A stretch of DNA of 64,000 nucleotides from Sulfurovaceae bacterium (lineage in GTDB: Bacteria; Campylobacterota; Campylobacteria; Campylobacterales; Sulfurovaceae), in contig CAWCLM010000004.1 in assembly GCA_963796395.1 (NCBI GenBank), positions 54,666 through 118,665 on the forward strand, in the 5' to 3' direction. The position numbers and the translations under genes are program-made. Shown here one piece after another: positions 1-9,744 of the stretch (positions are counted from its first letter, which is position 1; each line of letters starts with the position of its first letter). Below the pieces are notes generated by a model. It saw nothing but the letters and a program-made list of their open reading frames with translations. It did no database searches and was not told the origin of the DNA.

Positions 1-492
1 TCTCCTTGCGCAGCACCCTCTTCATAAAGTTCACCGGTTACTTTTTCAAGCATTTGTGAAAAATTCTTTTTATCCTCAGCGGATTCACCGATGATCGAAG
101 GGTTTAGATCTGCCATCACACGCCAATATCCTTTTCCATCTCTCATCTGAGTCCAGGAGATATGCATATGCATCGAAGGTACATGAGGATTACGAGGGTG
201 AATGATGGTCGAAATCGCTGTAGCTGAACCTAATTTTTTCTTTTCGTCATCATCATAATGTACTTGAGAGAAATTTACAGAACCTCTATCAAATACCACA
301 GAGTCTCTGGCTTCATAACGTGTACCACCACCATGTTTCCCTCCGTCACGTCCCCACGAGACAGCTTCACATGACTTCCCTTCTCCAAACTTCAAAGAAA
401 TCGAGTTTAATTTTGATACAAAATAGGATTGCAAACCTGTTACAAGGGAACCTGCTTCTTTAGCTTGTGGTGACTTCGCGGGGATTATCATG
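1..492 (-). CDS. hemF: oxygen-dependent coproporphyrinogen III oxidase, 5' part only (gene runs off the left window edge)
   Basis: Absent from the ORF track because it is open at the window edge. My minus-strand translation from ATG 492-490 gives MIIPAKSPQAKEAGSLVTGLQSYF..WGRDGGKHGGGTRYEARDSVVFDRGSVNFSQVHY..IIHPRNPHVPSMHMHISW..WRVMADLNP. This fits the conserved HemF core (GGGxxR.., HPxNPxxPxxHxN). Confidence 0.7.
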
Positions 493-596
493 AAAAATAA
501 CCTTTGTTTTTAAATTTAGAATTCAATTATATCATAGAAATTTTTATTTCATTTTGCTACAATAAGCCCATAAATAAATTACAATAAAGAAGAACA

Positions 597-992
597 ATGA
601 GACGACATTTTATAATAGTGACATGTATTGCGTTAGGGCTCACAGGATGTACAAGTTCTGTAGACCACCTTATAGAACCAAATAAGCCTAGTCAACCAAA
701 TAAATCAACTCAAACTAGCACGACAGAATACAATTATGAAGCACCTTCCCCCGCTAAACAAGGGGCTTATGAAAAGAAAATGAGAAAGATCGCTTCAGGT
801 ATTAAAGATGATCCTAATTATCAAAGACTTGCGCTTGATACACCTGAAAAAAAAGAGTGGTTTAAAACATTGACCTACAGACTGTGGGATAGACAGATCA
901 CACGATACCAGTTTGTCTCTCAAGGATTAAAAAGATACCCTAACCATGGATATGAATTTAATTTCATTGTCAGAGGTTTTACCTTTGACTAA
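597..992 (+). CDS. small lipoprotein, function unknown
   Basis: 131 aa ORF. The N-terminus MRRHFIIVTCIALGLTGC is a signal peptide with a lipobox. A P/S/T/Q-rich linker precedes a ~70 aa globular part. Its stop codon overlaps the stop of convergent queC. Confidence 0.6.
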   Translation: MRRHFIIVTCIALGLTGCTSSVDHLIEPNKPSQPNKSTQTSTTEYNYEAPSPAKQGAYEKKMRKIASGIKDDPNYQRLALDTPEKKEWFKTLTYRLWDRQITRYQFVSQGLKRYPNHGYEFNFIVRGFTFD

Positions 993-1654
993 GCATAATG
1001 AATCGGGTCTTTACTCCCCGCTTCTTTAAATCCTTTTAACCTCAATCTACAACTATCACATACACCACAAGCCAAATCTTCAGATTTATAGCAGCTCCAT
1101 GTATCTTCTAGAGGTACTTTTAGCTCCAGAGACTTTTGTACTATCTGACTTTTCTTCAAAGTAACCAATGGCATTTTTATCTCAATGTTGGTTTCATCTT
1201 TTGTACCAAGGTTAATGGCTTTTTGCATCTGTTCTATATAGCTTTCTCGACAATCCGGGTAACCTGAACTATCTTCTTCCACAACTCCGATAAAAAGTGC
1301 TTGGGCACCATGTTTTTCAGCGATTGCCGAAGCGATAGATAGGAAAATACCATTCCTAAAAGGAACGTAAGTGACAGGTACCCCCTCTTCTAATCCACCG
1401 GTGGGTACATCAATATCTTTGTCCGTCAATGCAGAAGCACCTATCTGCTCAAAAAAAGGCAGGTCTATCTCATATTTCTCACTTGCATTGACAGCAGCCG
1501 CTATCTTACGGAAACATTCAAGCTCTTTGACTTCTGTGCGCTGTCCATAATTAAAATGTAAGGCAATAATTTCATAACCGTCTACTTGTGCGATCTTTGC
1601 ACTCAACGCACTATCCATACCCCCGGAAATTATACATACAGCTCTTTTGTTCAT
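989..1654 (-). CDS. queC: 7-cyano-7-deazaguanine synthase
   Basis: 221 aa. It has the PP-loop SGGMDS near the N-terminus and the C-terminal zinc cluster C..CGVCDSCRLR typical of QueC. Confidence 0.9.
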   Translation of the reverse strand: MNKRAVCIISGGMDSALSAKIAQVDGYEIIALHFNYGQRTEVKELECFRKIAAAVNASEKYEIDLPFFEQIGASALTDKDIDVPTGGLEEGVPVTYVPFRNGIFLSIASAIAEKHGAQALFIGVVEEDSSGYPDCRESYIEQMQKAINLGTKDETNIEIKMPLVTLKKSQIVQKSLELKVPLEDTWSCYKSEDLACGVCDSCRLRLKGFKEAGSKDPIHYA

Positions 1655-1716
1655 TAAATCAGACCTCGTTAGCGTTATTTACTACCATTTTACCAAGATT
1701 TGGGTAAACTTCGAGC

Positions 1717-2163
1717 ATGATAGATTTAGATAATCAAACAACATTGGCAGTTGATCTTGATGCACTTGAAAAGATTGCAGAAGAACTCTCAACCCAAGAA
1801 GTAGAGCTTATTATTACTGATGATACGACTATGCGAGAGCTCAATGCTGAGTATAGAGATAAGGACAGTATTACAGATGTACTCTCTTTTCCTATGGATG
1901 CTCCCTTTACCGAGCAGTCTGTCTTTGACATGCCCTTAGGGTCCATCATCATAGCTGAGTCATTTGTAAAAACAAAAGCGGCAGAACATGGACACACTAT
2001 ACAAGATGAGCTTTCACTGTTATTTATTCATGGTATGCTTCATCTACTGGGCTTTGACCATGAAAACGATGAGGGTGAAATGAGAGCAAGAGAAAAAGAG
2101 CTCATAGAACAGTTTGATCTACCTAAAAGTCTAATCGTAAGAACAATTGAACCCTCTGACTAG
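1717..2163 (+). CDS. ybeY: rRNA maturation endoribonuclease YbeY
   Basis: 148 aa with the metal-binding motif HGMLHLLGFDH. Confidence 0.9.
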   Translation: MIDLDNQTTLAVDLDALEKIAEELSTQEVELIITDDTTMRELNAEYRDKDSITDVLSFPMDAPFTEQSVFDMPLGSIIIAESFVKTKAAEHGHTIQDELSLLFIHGMLHLLGFDHENDEGEMRAREKELIEQFDLPKSLIVRTIEPSD

Positions 2164-2404
2164 ATTAGATTCTCATAATGGGTTTTGCAAATGTAAGATT
2201 TTGCAAGAGACTTTCAAGTCCTAGCCAAAGCTAAGATGATGTAAGTATCTTGTGAAAGATTGTATTTGCAAAGCCCACTCTTTGAGCATTACTAGCTTTC
2301 GCCTATACGTCGTTACTCTTTTTTGACTTAGCTATGGCTAGGACTTCAAAAGAGTGCCTAGCCTAGACAAAAGCTAGTAATGTTATGAGTATCTAATCTA
2401 GTCA
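2158..2404. repeat. 247-nt inverted-repeat-dense intergenic element (MITE-like element or structured RNA)
   Basis: Terminal inverted repeats are 2158-2178 vs 2384-2404 (21 bp, 1 mismatch). A second symmetric pair is 2216-2235 vs 2327-2346 (20 bp, 1 mismatch). Two local hairpins lie at 2180-2207/2249-2276 and 2287-2299/2370-2382 (13 bp perfect). Confidence 0.6.
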
Positions 2405-2431
2405 GTGGGTTCAAAAACAGGAGTAATAGTT

Positions 2432-3364
2432 TTGGATTTTCTTATTTTCGTCATCGCCATGGGTGTATTGATCTGGGGTGCTGACCTGCTTATAAATCAA
2501 AGTGAACGTATCGCTTTAAAATTTAATATTCCTGAGTTCATTATCGGAGCAACGCTTATTGCACTTGGTACATCCCTACCTGAGATGGCAGCAAGTATCG
2601 CTGCAAGTCTCAGTCATAAACCAGATATAGCCGTAGCCAATGTGATAGGAAGTAATGTACTCAATATCACTCTGGTACTGGCGGCGGTTTTTCTGATAGC
2701 AACAAAGATCAATCCAAGCAGAGACTTCTTTGCAAAAGACAGTACATGGGCTCTTGTACCGGTACTGGTATTTATCTTAATGATACTTGATGGTATCATC
2801 ACAAGATTTGATGCTTTACTGTTGATGCTTTTAATGGGTGCTTATCTTTTATTTCTTCTGCAGGATGCAAAGAATATACCTGAAGAAGATCTGGAAGATC
2901 TTGATATAGGAACATTCTCATGGGCAAAGACCATACCTCTGCTTCTTAGTGGATTTGTTTTGGTGGTTATTGGTGCACACTTCACGGTTGAAAGCGCTGC
3001 AGCAGTAGCAAAAAGTTTTGGTATTTCAGAGTGGATCATAGGTATCATCATGATCTCTTTGGGTACATCACTCCCTGAACTGGTTGTAAGTATCTCCGCG
3101 GCGGTCAAAGGCAAAGTTGATATGGCCATAGGAAACATCATCGGGTCCAATATGGCAAACACTACCATAGTACTAGGTGCAGCAGCTTTCACAAACCCTA
3201 TGGCTATCGATGCTCCGGCATATATCTTTGATATCGCTACAATGATCGTTGCTACTTTATTGCTTGTATTTATTACCGCAAATAAACTCTATACCAAATC
3301 AGCAGGTATCAGCCTCATCATTATTTTAGGACTCTTCTTAAATAATACTTTACAAAATATCTAA
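2432..3364 (+). CDS. Ca2+/Na+ antiporter, CaCA (YrbG-like) family
   Basis: Polytopic membrane protein with two alpha-repeat signatures (GTSLPE..GSNVLN and GTSLPE..GSNMAN). The track starts it at GTG 2405. I prefer the in-frame TTG at 2432, preceded by AGGAG (2419-2423) at 8 nt spacing. Confidence 0.8.
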   Translation: MDFLIFVIAMGVLIWGADLLINQSERIALKFNIPEFIIGATLIALGTSLPEMAASIAASLSHKPDIAVANVIGSNVLNITLVLAAVFLIATKINPSRDFFAKDSTWALVPVLVFILMILDGIITRFDALLLMLLMGAYLLFLLQDAKNIPEEDLEDLDIGTFSWAKTIPLLLSGFVLVVIGAHFTVESAAAVAKSFGISEWIIGIIMISLGTSLPELVVSISAAVKGKVDMAIGNIIGSNMANTTIVLGAAAFTNPMAIDAPAYIFDIATMIVATLLLVFITANKLYTKSAGISLIIILGLFLNNTLQNI

Positions 3365-3368
3365 AGTA

Positions 3369-5186
3369 TTATCTAGAGCTGTTATTATCCTCAGCTAATT
3401 GTGCCGGGGAGAAATACCCTTTTTTATAAAGCCATTTATAAATATCTGCTGCAATAGGCCCTGCCGTACTTCCACCATGTCCACCATGTTCTATCAATAC
3501 CGTAACAATGTATTTAGGATCGTCATAAGGTGCATAGGTCGTGATCCATGCATGTGAACGATGGTAATAAGCCAATTCCTCTTCTTTTAAACGCTTGATC
3601 GTTGACTGTGGGATAGAAGTTACCTGCGAAGTACCTGTTTTACCTCCAACGACTATAGGAAGTTTACTCATCGTTTTATATGCAGTACCTCCTCTAATGT
3701 TACAAACATCATACATCCCTTTTCTGATCTCATTCAAATAGTATGGATCAAAATCCAAAAACTTCATTTCTGCTTCGATCTTTTTACCATCAACTTCTCT
3801 TGCAATATGCGGTACAGCAAGCTTAGAAGTAGCCATCAACCCTGTATATCTTGCCACTTGTAAAGGTGTGGTCAAGTCATACCCTTGACCTATAGATGCG
3901 ATAACAGTCTCCCCCATATACCATGGCTGCTTAAAACGTTTCATCTTCCATGCTTTATCCGGCATGACACCTGAATATTCTCGAGGCAGATCAATACCGG
4001 TCTTTACCCCTAAACCAAATGCACGAAGGTGTTTGGCCATTGCATCAATACCTACTTTTAAGCTTTTATTGTAAAAGTAGACATCACAACTCTCACGTAT
4101 CGCTTTTCTCAAATTAACTTTTCCATGCCCCCATCTTGACCAGCATCTAAACTTATGTTTACTCTTACCAAGTGTAATATGCCCACTACAATATTCAGGT
4201 GAACCCAGAGAATTAGGTAAAGCTTTGGAGTATGCCAGTGCCATACCCATTTTGATAGTGGAACCCGGAGGATACGTTCCATGTATAAATTTATTTGTGA
4301 AAGGATGTGCAAGATCATCCTGTAATGCTTTCCAGTCTTTACTGCTGATACCACCTACAAAAAGATTAGGATCATAAGAAGGGTAGCTGACCGCAGAGAG
4401 TACTTCTCCATTGGTTCGCATGACTATAGCTACACCAGTTTGATCTCCAAAACGCTCATAGATCATTTTTTGAAGTTCTATATCTACATGCAGACGTATA
4501 TTCTTATTATCCTTTGGAAGTTCTTTTTCCAACACTTCTATGGCTTTGTTCGTTGCCGTTACTTTATTGATCTCATAACCAAGTTCACCTTGAAGCACTT
4601 TATTATAATGACGTTCGAGACCACTCTTTCCTACTTTACCCACTTCATCAACCACAGGATCTTTTGCATTCTCTTTTTTATTTGATCTTCCAGTATAACC
4701 TACAATATGAGCCGAATATCTTCCATATGGGTAATAACGTTTTGTCTCAGCCTCAATTTTAATATTCTCTTCCAAACTGAGTTTAGGATAGGCACCCATC
4801 ATATTTGAATAATGTATAAAATCAACCACTTTAATGTATTTGTGATTATAAGGAGAATTATACTTTTTATAGACTTTCAGCATCACAGTTTTATTGAGGT
4901 CAGGAAAGGTTTCAACCAGTTTATCAATAACCGTTCCTAGTTGTCCATTCTTTTCTTTTAAATGCGGTGCAAGGGAGAGAGAAAACCCTATCTGGTTCAT
5001 TGCCAAAAGGTTTCCATGTCTATCTGTGATCTCACCTCTGACAGGTTTAATAAACTGTTTTCTCTCTATATTGTCTTTTGCCAACCCTTCATAGTAGAAG
5101 TTGGACTTGATACTCACATGATAAAGTCGTGTGATCATGACCCCCCAGAAAATGATAAAAACCAGTAGAATAAACTTATATCTCAT
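3369..5186 (-). CDS. mrdA: penicillin-binding protein 2 (elongasome transpeptidase)
   Basis: 605 aa with an N-terminal TM helix, a PBP dimerisation domain and a transpeptidase domain carrying STIK, a SxN-type motif and KTGT. Confidence 0.9.
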   Translation of the reverse strand: MRYKFILLVFIIFWGVMITRLYHVSIKSNFYYEGLAKDNIERKQFIKPVRGEITDRHGNLLAMNQIGFSLSLAPHLKEKNGQLGTVIDKLVETFPDLNKTVMLKVYKKYNSPYNHKYIKVVDFIHYSNMMGAYPKLSLEENIKIEAETKRYYPYGRYSAHIVGYTGRSNKKENAKDPVVDEVGKVGKSGLERHYNKVLQGELGYEINKVTATNKAIEVLEKELPKDNKNIRLHVDIELQKMIYERFGDQTGVAIVMRTNGEVLSAVSYPSYDPNLFVGGISSKDWKALQDDLAHPFTNKFIHGTYPPGSTIKMGMALAYSKALPNSLGSPEYCSGHITLGKSKHKFRCWSRWGHGKVNLRKAIRESCDVYFYNKSLKVGIDAMAKHLRAFGLGVKTGIDLPREYSGVMPDKAWKMKRFKQPWYMGETVIASIGQGYDLTTPLQVARYTGLMATSKLAVPHIAREVDGKKIEAEMKFLDFDPYYLNEIRKGMYDVCNIRGGTAYKTMSKLPIVVGGKTGTSQVTSIPQSTIKRLKEEELAYYHRSHAWITTYAPYDDPKYIVTVLIEHGGHGGSTAGPIAADIYKWLYKKGYFSPAQLAEDNNSSR

Positions 5187-5638
5187 AAGATCACCACCAC
5201 CAACATATCTACGATAAGAGAATAGACCAAGATCTCATCTAAGACAATACTCTGTGTCTGGAAAATAAAATCATAGGAAAACAGACAGCCTAGATACATA
5301 AAGTCTAGCACAACTACACTCAACAATGGTCTACATATCTGACATTTACGGAAGTGTTTAAAATAGGGATATATAATGACATAAAACAATAAAGTTGAAA
5401 TAATAATGAGAAAAATAGGTAACGAGAGATTCACTTCCAAGTTCAGCATATAGATGATAGCCAGCAGTATAAAAAAGGTTTTCCCTCTCTCTAACCCCTG
5501 CACCAAAGCATAGCTCATTGCTCCTACTAAAAGAGGTAAAAAAACATAAATAGAGATAAGCATTGGATAGAAAAAAGTAAATAAAACAGCAAATACCCAA
5601 AATATAAGGCCATGTTGTGCTTTAATTACATGATTCAT
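5183..5638 (-). CDS. small polytopic membrane protein, possibly MreD-like
   Basis: 151 aa with 4-5 hydrophobic helices. It overlaps the mrdA start by 4 nt, the position MreD often occupies. There is no sequence motif to confirm this, and no mreBC genes are nearby. Confidence 0.35.
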   Translation of the reverse strand: MNHVIKAQHGLIFWVFAVLFTFFYPMLISIYVFLPLLVGAMSYALVQGLERGKTFFILLAIIYMLNLEVNLSLPIFLIIISTLLFYVIIYPYFKHFRKCQICRPLLSVVVLDFMYLGCLFSYDFIFQTQSIVLDEILVYSLIVDMLVVVIL

Positions 5639-5651
5639 ATGAAAACTCTGG

Positions 5652-6116
5652 TTAAATCAGTTTGTAGACCAATGCTACTTCATTACAAATAGGAAAATGA
5701 ATACATTTAATACAATCAGCCCAGATCTTATGTTCAGGTATGACCTCTTTATTGATCTCCTGAAAGTTCATTTTTCGAAAAAACTCTGGAAGGTAGGTTA
5801 AAACAAGTACATCCTCTTCAACACCAATCTCTTTGGCTTCTTCCAAGGTGAACTGAACCATTCTCTGACCAACTTTTTGACCGCGATATGCTTCATCTAC
5901 AATAAGACTTCTTATCTCTGCTAATCTTTTAGAGTGTATATGTAGTGCAGTATATCCAACCAGTTTATCACCATCTTTTGCTAGAACATATGAACGTATA
6001 TTGGTTGCGACCTCATCTTCCGTACGATTTAGAATAATTCCGTCCTTTACCTCAGTAACAACCAGCGCCTGCATAGCAGGAATATCACTCAGTTTTGCCT
6101 TAAAAAGTTCAATCAC
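5652..6116 (-). CDS. GNAT family N-acetyltransferase (short ArgA-like)
   Basis: 154 aa. It has the acetyl-CoA binding motif RGQKVGQRM in a GNAT-like arrangement and a C-terminal CxxCxxxxxC. Confidence 0.7.
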   Translation of the reverse strand: MIELFKAKLSDIPAMQALVVTEVKDGIILNRTEDEVATNIRSYVLAKDGDKLVGYTALHIHSKRLAEIRSLIVDEAYRGQKVGQRMVQFTLEEAKEIGVEEDVLVLTYLPEFFRKMNFQEINKEVIPEHKIWADCIKCIHFPICNEVALVYKLI

Positions 6117-6751
6117 TCTTGTTCCCCACTCTCTTCTTTTCTCTTTTCACCAACATCAAAGATCGTTTTTAATATATTTTGGTGCACCCTGTCATGTCCA
6201 TTTTTCTTTAAATTTGAAACTGTAATAGAACCCGGGAATTCTCGTTTTAGTTTTGCTCTCTCTTTTTGATTTAGTTTGTCTATCTTAGTAAACACAGTCA
6301 AATATTGCTGATCGGGGCGAATAAATTCTGAGATATAATTTTCAACATCATCATCTATCTTGGCATGTGGATGACGTGCATCACGCAGATGGATAAAAAG
6401 ACGTATTGAAACACGATGCTGTATGAATTCGACAAGGTTCTTCTGCCAAACCTCTTTGAGCGACTTAGAGACTTTTGCATACCCAAATCCAGGAAGATCT
6501 ACAAATCGTACAGGATAACTCTCTTCATTATACAGATATCTGGTCTCAAAGAAATTGATCAATTGAGTTTTACCCGGTGTGGCTGAACTTTTTGCCAAAT
6601 TTTTTCTTTGTGTCAATGAGTTTAATGTAGAACTCTTTCCTACATTGGAACGTCCTAAAAAAACGACTTCACTCATATCTTCTGGTAGAGAATCCGCAAT
6701 ACTCTGTGCGGATTTTATAAATTTCGCCTCTACGACTCGAGGTACACTCAC
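6113..6751 (-). CDS. engB: ribosome biogenesis GTPase YihA/EngB
   Basis: 212 aa with G1 GRSNVGKSS, G3 DLPGFG and G4 TKIDK. Confidence 0.9.
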   Translation of the reverse strand: MSVPRVVEAKFIKSAQSIADSLPEDMSEVVFLGRSNVGKSSTLNSLTQRKNLAKSSATPGKTQLINFFETRYLYNEESYPVRFVDLPGFGYAKVSKSLKEVWQKNLVEFIQHRVSIRLFIHLRDARHPHAKIDDDVENYISEFIRPDQQYLTVFTKIDKLNQKERAKLKREFPGSITVSNLKKNGHDRVHQNILKTIFDVGEKRKEESGEQE

Positions 6752-7212
6752 TCTTTATTCTCCATTTCAAAAATAAATTTAACAGGTTTTTTCTTATCCC
6801 CCTGTACTTTCACATTACCGGTGGTCATATCAAGTGTAATTTCATCACCATCCACATGACTTTTATTGACCAGGTCATCTATCACAGCATTTCCAGTTAA
6901 CACATACAGCGATTTAACAATGTGATATTTGACTTTATCTGCACTCCCTTTAAAATGTTGCTCATCTTTTTTAAATTCAAAGGTCACTGTGCCTATAGCT
7001 TCATACATTTCTGTATCATTGTTATCACCAAAGTAGACGATCACTCTTTCTGCATGCAGCCAATCCTTCCCTTTGTGTACTTTGGCATCCCCTATAAAGT
7101 GTACTTCTTTTTTTTCTTCTTCTGCTTCCATAGAGGTAGAAGTGATCTCTACCTTTTCTGCAAAAAGGGTCTGTGTAAATACAAGAAGCAGTGCTATCTT
7201 TAAAAATTTCAT
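6748..7212 (-). CDS. lptA: LPS transport periplasmic protein LptA (OstA-like)
   Basis: 154 aa with a signal peptide and a beta-jellyroll-like repetitive sequence. It sits directly downstream of lptC/kdsC, the canonical synteny. Confidence 0.7.
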   Translation of the reverse strand: MKFLKIALLLVFTQTLFAEKVEITSTSMEAEEEKKEVHFIGDAKVHKGKDWLHAERVIVYFGDNNDTEMYEAIGTVTFEFKKDEQHFKGSADKVKYHIVKSLYVLTGNAVIDDLVNKSHVDGDEITLDMTTGNVKVQGDKKKPVKFIFEMENKE

Positions 7213-7255
7213 AATAATCCTTTATAATTCTTTATTTAAATATTGTACCATGATA

Positions 7256-7768
7256 TTACTTGTCAGGTGTATAAAATACTGTCCCTACTGTCGTACCGGA
7301 GGCCTTTTTCTTACGTGTGTTATACTCTAAACTTTCACCCTGGATCATATTGAGACCCTTGACACCAATAAAAGGTGCTGTAATATTTAAAATTTCTGTT
7401 TTTTGATCATAGATAGCATGTTCTGTTTCATATTTATAGCCGCCTTTTTCATGCAGAATGACATTACCGTCCAAATAGAGTTTATTCCCATAATATATCC
7501 CATTATTCGCTGAAAGTGATTCAATATCATCACTCATATAGACTAAATTCTCTATGGTCAAGATACCTCTGTCCCTGATCCCAAGTGTAACATACGCTCG
7601 ACTCTGCATATCATCCGTATCTACTTCTATTAATGTTGTGTCTGTAAATTCAAGTTCTTTAGTAAAGGGGTTTGCGGCTGGAGGGGCATTCCGGATCTTG
7701 ATCATAAAAACCCCTGAAATGAGCACAACAATAGTGGCGATCAGAATATGTTCTAGTTTTATTGCCAT
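7256..7768 (-). CDS. lptC: LPS export system protein LptC
   Basis: 170 aa with a single N-terminal TM anchor, positioned between kdsC and lptA. Confidence 0.6.
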   Translation of the reverse strand: MAIKLEHILIATIVVLISGVFMIKIRNAPPAANPFTKELEFTDTTLIEVDTDDMQSRAYVTLGIRDRGILTIENLVYMSDDIESLSANNGIYYGNKLYLDGNVILHEKGGYKYETEHAIYDQKTEILNITAPFIGVKGLNMIQGESLEYNTRKKKASGTTVGTVFYTPDK

Positions 7769-8256
7769 AGCTCCAGATACTTCTCTTCCAGTCCCTCTTT
7801 GACTATAAGATATTCAATCATTTCACGTACTGCACCGTCTCCGCCTCTTTTGGTAAGTATCACGGTGGCTATTTTATCTACATAGGCACTGGCATCTCTT
7901 GGAACGAATGAAATTTCAGCTGACTTTAGCATCTGTAAGTCATTAAGGTCATCACCTATGGCCGCAACATTTTCCATGCTCAGATCAAGTTTCTCCAAAA
8001 GAGATTCCAGTACCTCTTTTTTGTTATGTATACCCTGATAAAAATGCTCTATACGCAACTCTTTTGCACGGCGTGCAACGATATCTGAAGACCTTCCTGT
8101 GATAATCGCTACCTGTTTTCCAAGCTGCCTCCATGAAGCTATAGCTAAACCATCTTTGACATTAAAAGATTTAATTTCATCGCCATCTTCACTGTACGTG
8201 ATACGACTGTCCGTCATCGTACCATCTACATCAAGTACTATTAATTCTATACTCAC
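7759..8256 (-). CDS. kdsC: 3-deoxy-D-manno-octulosonate 8-phosphate phosphatase (HAD)
   Basis: 165 aa with HAD motif I LDVDGTMTD and motif GDDLND, at KdsC-typical size. Confidence 0.85.
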   Translation of the reverse strand: MSIELIVLDVDGTMTDSRITYSEDGDEIKSFNVKDGLAIASWRQLGKQVAIITGRSSDIVARRAKELRIEHFYQGIHNKKEVLESLLEKLDLSMENVAAIGDDLNDLQMLKSAEISFVPRDASAYVDKIATVILTKRGGDGAVREMIEYLIVKEGLEEKYLELWQ

Positions 8257-8825
8257 AGGACACCCTTTGTACTTGGAATACCTGCATTTTCATTCACAGT
8301 TACTGCTCTACGTAGTGCCACAGCCAATGCCTTGAATGCACCTTCGATAATATGATGTTTGTTTTTACCACGGTTATAGATCAAATGGAGTGTCAAAGGA
8401 AGATTGAATGCAAAAGCCTTGAAGAACTCTTCCACAAGCTCTACATCAAAATCCCCTACTTTACCACCAATAGGAAGCTCGAAAACAAGATAACCGCGGT
8501 TTGACAGATCGATATCACAAGTCACACTTGCTTCATCCATGACCACTGTTGCATTACCAAAACGTTCTATGCTCTGTACAGGGTAGATCGCCTTCTTAAG
8601 CGCCTGACCAATAACGATACCTACATCTTCAACTGTATGATGGTCATCGATGTGTGTATCACCTGTACACGCTACTTCCATGTCTATATGTGCATGTTTT
8701 GTAAATGCTTCTAACATATGATCGTAAAAACCTACACCTGTATTGATATTGGCTTTACCTGAACCGTAAAGGTTAAGTTTGACTGAGATCTGTGTCTCTT
8801 TGGTTTCTCTTGTTACTTCTATCAT
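8253..8825 (-). CDS. hisB: imidazoleglycerol-phosphate dehydratase
   Basis: 190 aa containing RETKETQI..GFYDHML..DDHHTVED.. and the characteristic IGPD His/Asp motifs. Confidence 0.9.
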   Translation of the reverse strand: MIEVTRETKETQISVKLNLYGSGKANINTGVGFYDHMLEAFTKHAHIDMEVACTGDTHIDDHHTVEDVGIVIGQALKKAIYPVQSIERFGNATVVMDEASVTCDIDLSNRGYLVFELPIGGKVGDFDVELVEEFFKAFAFNLPLTLHLIYNRGKNKHHIIEGAFKALAVALRRAVTVNENAGIPSTKGVL

Positions 8826-8841
8826 CTTTTTTCCTGTTTCA

Positions 8842-9624
8842 TTAATTTCTTACGATAAATGCACCCTCAAGGTCATGTGAATCTTTAAAGTCTCTTGCTT
8901 CTTCTTCAGACCTGAACCCCATAAGCCATACACGGTATAGAGGCTCCCCATCCACATCTGAAAAACGTTTGATCACAGGTCTATAACGGGCATATGCACC
9001 TGTATATTTACGTTTATATATTTGTGCTCCCTCATGTCGTCTGAAGGCACCTACTTGCACACCGAAATTAGAGAGAACTATACGCTCTTGTGTATGTTCT
9101 CTTTTCTGTTTTGCTATCATTGCCTCTGATTGCACTTTTCCTGCAAATCCAAGTACTTCTATAGAAACTTTTGCGATCCCCATTTTGTCAAGTCCTATCT
9201 CTTTACCTGCAGTATAGCTGCAGTCAATGATACGACCTCTTACAAAAGGTCCCCTGTCATTGATACGCACAATAGTACTTTTACCGTTTTGAAGATTCTT
9301 GACCTTTACCATTGTATCCATTGGCCATGTTTTATGTGCCGCTGTTCTTGCATGCATGTTATAGACTTCACCGTTACTTGTCTGTTTACCATGAAAATTA
9401 GGTCCATACCAACTTGAGATCCCATGCATGACTTGTCCCACCTCTACATAGGTAGGATGATATCTTTTACCTAAGACCTTATATGAACGCATTGTAGCTT
9501 TATGTCTTGCTGCACTGGTATATTTAGTAGATTTAGCCCCTTGAGGTTCCGGTCCACACCCTGTAAAAAGAGTACTCAGCGCCAAAATGATTACCAAAAA
9601 TATAGGGGATACAACTCTCTTCAT
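8842..9624 (-). CDS. rlpA: septal ring lytic transglycosylase RlpA (DPBB + SPOR)
   Basis: Lipobox LFTGC, a DPBB core (SWYGP.FHG..T.NGE..AH..) and a C-terminal SPOR-like domain (VQVGAF...). I place the start at the second Met (MKRVV), which has an AGAGG RBS; the track start is 9642. Confidence 0.85.
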   Translation of the reverse strand: MKRVVSPIFLVIILALSTLFTGCGPEPQGAKSTKYTSAARHKATMRSYKVLGKRYHPTYVEVGQVMHGISSWYGPNFHGKQTSNGEVYNMHARTAAHKTWPMDTMVKVKNLQNGKSTIVRINDRGPFVRGRIIDCSYTAGKEIGLDKMGIAKVSIEVLGFAGKVQSEAMIAKQKREHTQERIVLSNFGVQVGAFRRHEGAQIYKRKYTGAYARYRPVIKRFSDVDGEPLYRVWLMGFRSEEEARDFKDSHDLEGAFIVRN

Positions 9625-9744
9625 AATACCTCTGTTATGCATTTGTCTTTAAGCAGATATTATCCCTTTATTTGACTTTGTTTTTGCTTGATATGCTGAT
9701 TGACACAACATAAGTGCTTCATCATTTTTCAGCACTTCAAATAA

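Noticed and set aside
1655-1716. A preQ1 riboswitch upstream of queC.
   Set aside because: The 62-nt leader lacks the compact stem-loop and the A-rich tail with a conserved ..CUAGCUACAC..-like core. No convincing match was found.
1734-1997. An 87-aa minus-strand ORF inside ybeY. It stands for the many 60-150 aa track ORFs lying antisense or out of frame inside long well-supported genes. Examples are 2614-2802, 2842-3192, 4109-5168 set, 5358-5600, 14964-15356, 14990-15346, 16346-16817, 20741-23205 set, 31363-32448 set, 33522-36188 set, 53274-54316 set and 60100-61740 set.
   Set aside because: Each is fully embedded in a gene whose product has clear family motifs. Their translations are low-complexity or compositionally odd (Ser/Cys/Phe/Ile-rich), they lack plausible RBSs, and such shadow ORFs are expected opposite long ORFs.
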